Source: Trichomonas gallinae
Lineage: Eukaryota
Reading direction: 5' to 3'
Length of the DNA stretch: 34,650 nt
NCBI GenBank assembly: GCA_008369845.1
Contig: MRSU01003168.1
Span: 1 to 34,650 of the forward strand
Shown here: in pieces, positions 1 through 9,700 of the stretch
How positions within the stretch are numbered: position 1 is the stretch's first letter
Layout: each line of letters opens with the position of its first letter
Position numbers and translations under genes: made by a program
Notes under the pieces: generated by a model
Databases searched by the model: none
What the model saw: only the letters and a program-made list of their open reading frames with translations
What the model was told of the DNA's origin: nothing

Positions 1-554
1 GGAAGAGTCTTTGTGTAGAGTGGATCAAGGAGAGAGAATGATGGATATGTCAATGGTGTAAGGACGCCAAGCTTCTCGTGAGTCTTCCTTCTTGATACGA
101 CAAATCCGTTGTCCCATTCGGAGCCTGTAGCTGGAAGTGTAAGAACTGCACCAATTGGAATGATTGAATCTGGTCTTGCGCGCTTTGTCATGATTTCCCA
201 TGGATCAATCTTTGGATCCAAGTTTGTAGCCAAGGCAATGAACTTTGTGCCGTCGACAACTGATCCACCACCGACAGCAAGGAAGAAATCTGGCTTAAAT
301 TCCTTAGCAACCTTGACGATCTCGATTAATCTTTCGTATTCTGGATTTGGTGGAATGCCACCTTCCCATCTTGTCTCGCATTGGAGGTCTGCTAAAGCCT
401 TTGTGACATCTGCTCTGCAGCCGTTCTTGTCGATTGAGCCACCGCCGAATGTTACAAGAACTTTGCTCTTTGGCTTAAGGAAATCCTTAAGGTGCTCGTT
501 TACGACGTTGTTGCCGAATGCTACGCGTGTTGTGTTTACCCAAAGCCACTTCAT
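1..554 (-). CDS. Iron-containing alcohol dehydrogenase, YqhD/BdhA (butanol dehydrogenase)-like; N-terminal ~184 aa, runs off window start
   Basis: Manual minus-strand translation from ATG at 554: MKWLWVNTTRVAFGNNVVNEHL...VLVTFGGGSIDKNG...GGIPPNPEYERL...FLAVGGGSVVDGTKFIA...GAVLTLPATGSE...PSFSLLDPLYTKTLP. GGGS, PNP, AVGGGSxxD and TLPATGSE are Fe-ADH motifs. Not in the ORF track, probably because no stop lies in the window. Confidence 0.93.
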   Translation of the reverse strand, partial: MKWLWVNTTRVAFGNNVVNEHLKDFLKPKSKVLVTFGGGSIDKNGCRADVTKALADLQCETRWEGGIPPNPEYERLIEIVKVAKEFKPDFFLAVGGGSVVDGTKFIALATNLDPKIDPWEIMTKRARPDSIIPIGAVLTLPATGSEWDNGFVVSRRKTHEKLGVLTPLTYPSFSLLDPLYTKTL

Positions 555-570
555 TAGAATGGACGTGTTA

Positions 571-581
571 AAAATGAAGTG
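571..581 (-). promoter_or_regulatory. Putative trichomonad initiator (Inr) motifs upstream of the ADH gene
   Basis: The minus strand reads ...TCACTTCATTTTTAACACGTCCATTCTA-ATG, giving overlapping TCACT/TCATT matches to the TCAYW Inr consensus ~20-27 nt upstream of the ATG. Confidence 0.5.
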
Positions 582-1522
582 AACAGTGATTGTAAAATTT
601 TGTGCTTCATCAAAATTTTTTAGAAACTATTCAAAATAAAAAATCTTTTTTCGTTGGTTACTTCATTCATCAAATGATATCTTAAATACTGTTTTCAATT
701 TTTTTAATAATAATTGTTAAAATAATGTCAATAGTTTTTAATTAGAACAATTTCAATCCATAGTAAAATCAGAACGATAGAGAGTTGAAAAAAAAAAATT
801 ATACTCGTTGACGGATATCATTTAGTTACCATGTATTGGGTATATTATTAATTGTTTTGAAAATAGAAAAAATTTGAAATGTTTAGGTAGAGAATTGGCT
901 GTCAGATTCTTGTTTGATATAAAATTATTTGATAAATAGGCCTTTTTAATGCTGTGTATTCATAATAACATGGAGAGCAAACAAAAATATTGTTTCACAA
1001 AAAAAAATCTGACAAATAATTATTGTTCAATGAAAAGATTAATGATTTTGCTATTTTAAATTTTCCTGATGAAACACTAGAAGATGCCAATGCAAAAAAT
1101 GATAAAAACAATAATATTTATTGATCAACAATCAAATTCAATTCAATTAAATCAAAAAAATTAGACCTAGAGAATGTCCTAGTATTTCAGAAGAAATTAT
1201 TATGAATATGGATGAAGGATATTTCAATGATTCATATTTTTCGATTTGAAATTAATCACAAAAAAACTTGCGTATTTTAACTATTGTGATGAAATAATAT
1301 GAAATATAACAGTTATATTTTCAAATATTAATAATATATTTAACGGGCTTCGCAAGCGATCATGGGCTTAAATCACAGCCAAACGTGAAAGTTATTCTAT
1401 ATTGATATCAAAAACATTTCATATTGCATTCAGTTCATTCATTTAAAAAAAAATAAATAAATTGTAATTCGAAATATTAAGATTTATTAACATTTATTAT
1501 TAGATATACTCAGAAACATTCA

Positions 1523-3331
1523 CTAATTATCAACAGGGCCAAGGTCATCTTCAATAAGCACAATTTCACGGCCACTAGCCCAAATTGGCTTAACATCGCC
1601 ACCGAGCGAAAACTCACCAAATACTCTGTTATTCCTTGTGTGTATAACTGATCCTTGATAGTTGGCGTATTTGCCACTCTTAATGAATATAACGTCTCCT
1701 GGAAAAACGCGTCTTCCAAGTCTGTCATGCACTGAGTTGTCATCATTAACAGATGGAAGTTCTGTATCAATATCAAATGTAGCATTTCTATTTGTGAAAA
1801 TTAAAACTGAAATATAATCTTTTTCAATCTTCGTGATAACACCTACTTCTCTTGTCGGAAGCTCAACTAATGACCTTATTGGAAGTGATGATGTAGATGT
1901 CTGAGAGTTTCTCATGAAAATTGGAATTTCGAGAAGATTCGATTTCTGTCTGTTAAGGCGATACTGCAATGAAACTGCAGTTATGCCTCTTCCTGATAGC
2001 ACCTGTGATAATTTTTGTGAAGGAACACTAATTTGTGAATCATTTGTTTTTGATTTCGACTCTGATTTGAATTCTTTCTTGATTTCTGGCTTTGACCGTG
2101 ACTTGCCTCTCTTCCTGCCAGATTTCGGCCTTTCTTCCTCTGTGTCACTTTTTTCTTCTGATGAATCCGAACTAGTTTTTTCTTCGTCGAAACTCTCCGA
2201 ATAATCTTCTTCCTGCTGTGCCTCGCTTGCACTAGACTCTGAATCATCGTTTTCTTCCTCCTCCTCTTCCTCTTCTTCTACTGGCTCTGGTTTCTTTTTA
2301 GGCGGGCGGCCTGCTTTCCTCTTCTTAGGAGGCTCCTCGGTTTTCTCGTCCTTCTTCTTATCGTCTTTATTTTTATCGTCTTTTTTCTCTGCGTCACTTT
2401 TACGTCTTCCCCTTGGCTTCTTCTCTTCTTTTTTGTCGTCTTTTTTATCTTCCTTCTTGTCTTCTTTCTTCTCGTCTTTCTTTTCGTCCTTGGATCTCGG
2501 ATTTCTTGGCTTGCGACCTGAAATTTCTTTTGTAGAAGAATCTAATAACTTGGAGTTGTCTCTCCTCTCATGTGTGAAGTATTTGATTCTATCGCCGATC
2601 AATTTTTTCTCGTCTTTGGAGATTGTTGAGTTAAATGATAAATTTGATATAGAAACCTTCATAATTGCTGTCTTTCCCTCGAACTGCATGTCTTGATATG
2701 AATATCCGCGTGCTACTTTCGATGGATTTGAAAATGAAATGTGAATATCATCTTCTTGTAACGGTAAATTCATTTTTAGTGCTTGTTTTACGTTGAATTG
2801 TACTTGCTTGTCAACAGTCATGCCGAGTTTTGGAATATCAGCGCGTGGAACAATTCTGATATATGCTTCCTTTAAATCTTCGCTGATTTCAAGAACTTCG
2901 CATGGATCCTTATCGTATGGTGGTAATGTTAAACGCGCAAATGATTGATCTTTTCCGTCCAAATGATTCTGAAAAGGAACGTTACAGAATCCACGGACAA
3001 ATTCGACTGTATCTATCCAGTTATATCTTAAAGTGCTGTGATTTTCGACGAATTTTTCCTTATCTGATACTTCAATATAGCAAATGTTATCTTGATGATG
3101 TAACGAGAAAATAGACTTGATACATTCTTTGTCTTTCAATGATTGTAAGATTCCAAATATATTTTTCTCGGTAGATGGTATACTTACGCGCGCAATTATT
3201 ACATCTTTTAATTCAGCGAGCAATTCTTTAAATCTGTCGTCTATTTTTGTCTGTAGATCCGCCGGCTGTATGACATTATTGATAAAATCCGCTTCAGTAA
3301 AAGTGAAAACTTCTTCGCCTTCGTTTCCCAT
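1523..3331 (-). CDS. SPT5: Divergent Spt5-like transcription elongation factor (NGN + KOW1 + charged insert + KOWx-KOW4; no KOW5/CTR seen)
   Basis: IKSIFSLHHQDNICYIEV resembles the Spt5 NGN (IKSVVAPEHVKGYIYVEA). SFARLTLPPYDKDPCEV...IRIVPRAD resembles KOW1 (SWVRLKRGIYKDDIAQV...LKMIPRID). LVELPTREVGVITKIE...GDVIFIKSGKYANYQGSVIH resembles KOWx-KOW4. Confidence 0.78.
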   Translation of the reverse strand: MGNEGEEVFTFTEADFINNVIQPADLQTKIDDRFKELLAELKDVIIARVSIPSTEKNIFGILQSLKDKECIKSIFSLHHQDNICYIEVSDKEKFVENHSTLRYNWIDTVEFVRGFCNVPFQNHLDGKDQSFARLTLPPYDKDPCEVLEISEDLKEAYIRIVPRADIPKLGMTVDKQVQFNVKQALKMNLPLQEDDIHISFSNPSKVARGYSYQDMQFEGKTAIMKVSISNLSFNSTISKDEKKLIGDRIKYFTHERRDNSKLLDSSTKEISGRKPRNPRSKDEKKDEKKEDKKEDKKDDKKEEKKPRGRRKSDAEKKDDKNKDDKKKDEKTEEPPKKRKAGRPPKKKPEPVEEEEEEEEENDDSESSASEAQQEEDYSESFDEEKTSSDSSEEKSDTEEERPKSGRKRGKSRSKPEIKKEFKSESKSKTNDSQISVPSQKLSQVLSGRGITAVSLQYRLNRQKSNLLEIPIFMRNSQTSTSSLPIRSLVELPTREVGVITKIEKDYISVLIFTNRNATFDIDTELPSVNDDNSVHDRLGRRVFPGDVIFIKSGKYANYQGSVIHTRNNRVFGEFSLGGDVKPIWASGREIVLIEDDLGPVDN

Positions 3332-3714
3332 TTATTTTTTTTTTTTTTTGATTTTTTGCAATTTTTTTTTATTTCATTTATTGATGTAACTCAGAAATCG
3401 CCAGTTAACTTTGTTGTTTCCCAATATGGCCTTATTACGCAGTTTTTTGCCAAATATCATAAAATATCAAATCAAAATAAAGCATTTTTGAAGAAGCTAT
3501 TATCAAAATCCTTACCATATGGTCTCAGATATTTATAATATGCAAATAACAAAAGCTTAACTTGCTCAATTTATTATTTTTTTGAATAAATTGAACGAAA
3601 AAGATACATAAGTATTAAATAATAAGATTTATTAATTAAAAGTTAAATATAGTCATAGTAAAGAATTCTAAAAAAAAAGTTTTGAAATTATACAATAATT
3701 ATTTTCGCTTTTCC

Positions 3715-6700
3715 TTATTCGGAGTGCTCTGATTCTTCTGGGTCTTCTGTGAGCTCGATGCAGGCCTCCTTTGACCGGACCACATCCAGCATCTTTTCAA
3801 CCATCATGTACTCCTTGTCGATGGCGCCGACAGATCTGAAGGCCTCGATAGCGATGATGAACTGGTACAAGTTCTCTGGTCTGCGCATTCTTTCGATCCA
3901 CAAGCCTTCGTAGCCTCCGAGAGTTCTTTCTCTGAGAACTTCACCAAATGTGAAGATGATCAAGATATAGATACCGATGATGCCGCCACCCATTGAAACA
4001 ATTGTTCCGACAGCACTAGAAGATTGGACTTCTTCGGAGAAGATAACAACTCTGAAGAATGTGGATGATGACAAAACAGAAATATCTGGATATTCGTTGA
4101 TCAAGATTGTTGTTGTGTTTGTTGTGTTATCGAATCTGAAGCCGATCTTAGCATGTGTATCAGATGATGATGGGTTATCTTCTCTTGGGTTGAGGAATAA
4201 GATTGGGATGTTTGTGAAGTTAGCATAGGAGCCGATCGTGCTCCATGATGTGATCTTGTCCTTAAGGGCATCAGAGAAGTTGAATGTGAGTTCTGGCATG
4301 TTCATCTGGTAGTTAATTTCATTGTTCTTGCCTGCTGTAGCTGGATACTTGAAGACCGTCTTCAGCTTGAAGTATGGGATCTTTGGATGTGATGACTTCA
4401 AGTGATCGGTGATGTATCTGTCGACTGTGTCTGGACGAGACTGTGATGGGAGCCTGAACTCAGCAATTGTCAATGAATCACCAGAGAATGATTTCACTTG
4501 ATTGATATCCGCATATGCAGTGTTGGCCAAGCTGTTGTGCATTGATGTTGTAATTGGGGAAAGTGTGGCAAATGATTTGTAAAGTGGACCAACAGCAACC
4601 AAACCAATTTCGAGCTGGACTGATTCGACTGGGTTTGGCTGGTAAGCTGTGGATCCAGAAATCATGAAGAAGAGTGGACCGAAAAGCAAAAGGATAATGG
4701 CGAGGAGGAAGCATCCACCAATTATAACGTTCTTTTGCAACTTGTTCTCTTCAGGTTGTGCCCTATCGACCATCTGGTTCTCTAGCAGCATCTTGATATC
4801 TTCCTGGATGAAGAAGTGCTGGTATGTAACCTTTGTCTTTCTGCTCATCCAAACAAGCAATGAATGGATTTCGAATATGAATGGTACAACTCTCATGAAC
4901 CTATTCAGGCTCTTGATCTTACCGCCGCTGTTCTGAATATCAGGGAATGAGAAGTTGGCGAATATCTTTCCGAGTCGAGTATCATAGAATACTATAAGTA
5001 TTGCGAGGTATTTGAGGAATAGATAGAGCTGCAGGCCTGCATCTGTTGGATCCGTGCAAACCCAGAAGTCAAAGACGAGGACACAAATGAGCTGAACAGT
5101 GTTGAGGATGTACATGTTCAAGAAGTTGTTGGAAATTCTGAACAAGAAGAAAATGAAGATGAAGATCATAGAGAAGATCAAGGAGAAGACGAATTTGAGG
5201 GAAAGTCCGGATGTTTGACCGAGTTCTTCTTCTGGTGATGTCCATGTGCCTACACCGAAAATCATGACAAGGAAGGCGAGTGCATCGATAATCATGACAG
5301 TGAAGTACGCGTTCGAAGGAGGGATTCTGATATTGTTAGCGTTCTGAGTGATCTGCTGCCAGATGTTTGGAATTGCTTTTGTGGAAAGGCCGAGAACTCT
5401 TTCTGGATTATCGAAGTTGTAGAAGTACTTATCTGGGTAGCCATCAAGTTTGTTGTCACCTCCAAATATCTTTGTAGTGTAGTGATGCGGTGTGAAAACG
5501 TCAGCATTTCTCAAGTGGTCGACAACATACCAGGTGCCGATGAGGAAAAGAGCGATTTCGATGGTGGATGTGTCATCTGGGTCTACGCCGAAGAAGTCTG
5601 GGTATGAAATCTTTGACTGTGCGAAGGCAACAGAGCTCTTGTAGATATCGATTTGTTCCTTGATAAGAGTGACGGTGGAAATTGAGCGTAGGAGCAAAAT
5701 GACAATCAACAAGATGTAGAATGCTCTGTATGTCCATGGCTGAGCGTAAATGACTGTGCCAACGAAGACGACGAAGACATAGATTGTTGTCAAGAAGGCA
5801 AAGAGGTATGGCTTCATGTATGTGTAGATGATGCAGATCAAAACAAGCATTGGCAAAGAAAGGCATCTGATGAGGTAAGAAATGTATCTCATGGAAAGCT
5901 CAAAGTAGTTTTCACGCTTGACTTCTGGCCAGTTGAGCATTTCACCGATTGCACCAAGTTGTGTGTAAAATGATGGCGGGAGTTTGTTGAGGAAGTCCTT
6001 CTCAGCTTTAGATGGAGTGTAAGTGCCACCAGTTCTAAGCATAGCTGCCTGGCGTCTGAGGATGCTGTTGACTGAGTTAAGTGTGAGAACGTTGACACCA
6101 GCTTCGTTGTTGAGCTGAACTGATCTAAGGAAGACATCAATAGCTTCTCCGATAATTGGATAGATGATCTTGTCCATAATCCATGCCCAAACAGTAAGGA
6201 ACCTTTCCTTGAGAGATTTCGGTGGTTCTGGTTCCTCCTCTTCTTCTTCAGGTGGTGGCTGTGCGCCTTCTTGTTCTGCCTTGAGCCTGGCTTCTTCAGC
6301 TGCCTTCTTCTTTTCTTCCTCTTCTCTCTTCTTCTTTTCAGCCTCTTCTGCCTGTCTTCTGATTTCTTCCTCTTCAAGCCTCTGACGCTCTGCTTCGTCC
6401 TTTGGCTCCTGCTCCTTCGGCTGTTCCTCCTGCTTGGCTTGTGGCGGTGGAGCCATCATCACCACTTGTGCTTGCTTGCCGCGGGCGACAGATGCGGACT
6501 GAGCATCAGCAAGTGCGAAGATTTCTTCGATCTTCCTGTGCTGGAGTGTGTCGCAGATTTCCTGGTTGAGTCTGTTGATGACCTTAAGCTGCCTGACTCT
6601 GATGAATCTGTAGGCGAGCCTCTGGATACCATCCTTGCGGCACTCCTGGAACATTGGTGTTTCCATGATGTGGATGACCAATGATTCGAGAGCGAACAAA

Positions 6701-9700
6701 ACAATCCAAATGGACTCTGTCGATGACTGTTCTCTAAATGGCAAGCCGAAGCCTTTCGCAATCCACTTGCCCCAACCCTTCGAGATGAAGTATGGAATTC
6801 TTGACAAAAGTCTGCCAATGATGACGAAGAAGAGACCCCACAAGTGGATGGAAATTGTCTTGTGTGAATCGAAGCCGAACAAAAGTGTATTGAGGAACAA
6901 GATTGAAACCAAGAGGAAGAAGAACAGGCCGTCAATTGTTGGGATGAAAATTGAGATGGCGATGGCGACAGCTTCGATGATTTCAAAGATGTTTGCAACG
7001 ATAAACTTGATGACACCCTTCAAGAAGACTGGCAACTCGTTGAAGCCTGCATCGTAGTTCATGGCGAGTTCTCTGAACTGAAGGTAGAAAGTGAGCATGA
7101 AGGCTGTGATCATGTTTGTCAGAAGAGCTGCGACTTCGATGTTCCTCACTGAAAGGAAGTCGCCCCACTCGTTGTCCAATGGGCCGATATAGTATGGGGA
7201 GTATGGGAGGCCGAGCCAAATGAGATACTGGAACAGGAAGCAGAAGTTGAAAAGAACGGAAATCCAAACAGCACCTCTCTGGAGAACTCTTGGCTTGAAT
7301 TGGACGATGACCAAAACGAGGAATGAGAAGAAGCCGAAGATTGTTGGGTTGAACAATGTAGAAACGCACAATGATATGTTAACGAAGACTGGCAAGAAGT
7401 TGTGGAGCATCATGTAGAAGGCTCTATATAACCTCATGCCTAGTGAGTTGTCGAACTTCGGGTCTGTCGCCTCTGGATTTTCTGCAATCATGTTGACGAT
7501 GATAACCAAGACGAACAAAAGCTGCCATGTCATGGAATAGTTTCTGTCGCCCTGGCCCTTACCGTACTGGACAAAGTACAGACCGACGTACTGGCACATT
7601 GTTCTTGCCTTAGCAGTCAAGTTCGGGAAAACATCGAAGAAGACTTCAGCGGCAAGATAGATTGTGTTTGTGTAGAGAAGTGCACCAACCATCTTGTTGA
7701 AGAATCTGGCCATCTTTGAGCCCAAAAGGAAGACGAGTGAGATGACGGCCTTGATGACTGTTGGATAATCGTTGGAAATGGAGAAGAAGAACATCAAGAA
7801 CCAAGAGATGTAGAAGAAGAATGATCTCAAAGCAGCCTTGAACTCTTCTCTGATACCTTGTAACCAGATATTTGGCTTCTTTGTGAGTGGGTTCGTGTTC
7901 ATGTATGTCAAGGAAATGGCGAACATAGTGACTGCCAAAAGTGCTGCTTCGCCATCAGGTGTCTTTGGAACTCTGATGTCGATGATGTTGTTCATTGTGA
8001 CCCACTTGTTGTCACCGAGGATGGATGTGAAGAAGTTCCTTGTCCATGGGAACTCGGAAAGCATGAGGATGGCCAAGTGGACTGAAACAGAGATACCTGA
8101 GACAACAATGGCAATCTTAGTGAGCAAAATCTTGTTCAATACCTTCGAGTAGAAAATGAAGATACCTGTCAAAAGGTAGATGACTGAGAAGATGTTTGGA
8201 CCATAGACATACAAGTATGCCAAGTGCAAAATAGCAAGGCCCCAGAAGATGAACATAACGACTGTCGGTGGATATGTGACCTTAACTTTTTCCTGGTGCG
8301 TGATGATAACGCAAAGGAAGAGAACGATGATGTATGGCCAAAGGTATTCTGGGAGATTCTTGCCAGCTGGTGTGATAAGACCTGATTTAAAGAAGTATTC
8401 GCCGAATTTCGCGTAGTCTTTTTCTTCGAGCTGATCGAAAAGTGTCGCGGTGATAATGATAGCACCAGTGATGAACATGATCAAGTAGAAGATTGGCTTG
8501 TGGAACAAACCAAGAACGTTTGTGATCAACTGGATGGCCCAAAGAGCGTTGAAGCAGTACTGATTTTCTTGGTAACCGAAAGTGATACAAAGAATGACAA
8601 CTGCTGCAACTGAGAGGTTTGTGAACAAGAAAACAACCAAGTTCCTGATAAACTTGGCGATCTTTATGATGAAACCAAAGAAAGCATTTGGTTCCTTGCG
8701 CTTCTTTGGCTTATCAACAATATCGCGAAGCTCTACGCCGTCTCCTTCTTCCTCTTTCTTCGGTTCCTTGAAGTGAACGACACGACCAATCTGTGCAAGA
8801 ATGGATGTAAGTAAGAAGCCGAGGATTGTGAAAATAAACTCCTGATTCTCTTCAACGGTGCCATCGATGTTATCAAAGTGCCACAAACCTGTCTCTTTGA
8901 GACGTCTAAAGTATGATAATGTGACTGCTTTTGAGAATGGGAAGAATAAGTCGAGGCATGTAACATAGATGACTGAGAATAACACGTTATGGACAATGGA
9001 AAGTATTCTGAAGAAAACTAATTTGGCAACTCTCAATGAGAAGAAACAAGCGATGAAAACAATTAACTCCCAAGCAACTGCGATGTAGCATGGGAAGAAA
9101 ACTGAGTATACCAAGATTGCAACGAATGAGAAAGCAAGTAATATATCAGATAATGTAACAAGGAATGATGGGATCTTAGGAGCCGGTCCGGATCTCTTGA
9201 AAACGAAGCAAAGCTGTGTAGAGAACCAGATTTGAACGACGTTCACAGTAAGGCTGAGTCCGGAATATTTGTCCATAGCTTCTGATTTCGTATATCTGTA
9301 GATTGGGTAGTTCTGACCGAGGTATGAGACCTGGTAAAAGATGAATAATGAGAAAAGAATCGCGTATGAATAAATAATGATCAAAATGATCTTTGGCACG
9401 TATGGTTTTCCGAATAAACTCATTGTGATTGAGATCCAAACGATGTAAAGCAGCAGTGGTAAGAACGCATATCCCATGTTAGCGTCGAAAAAGATGAGAA
9501 CAGCACCCATAACAGCCAAACAGAAGGTCCAAATCAAGTCAGATAAGAAGATCCAGGCCATTGAAGTGAAGATTTTTGTTCTGTGTTTGATTAAAGTTTC
9601 TGGCTTTGTTTTAATTAATAACACTGCGGCAACAATTTCTAATACAATGGCAACTACGCAAACAGCAATGGTAAGATTCGGTGTTTTAACAACTGCGTTA

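Noticed and set aside
109..582. 157-aa plus-strand ORF
   Set aside because: It is the antisense shadow of the minus-strand ADH, starts at TTG and has no motifs.
3335..3349. Poly-T run before the Spt5-like start
   Set aside because: It is an ordinary homopolymer in AT-rich spacer and its length is error-prone.
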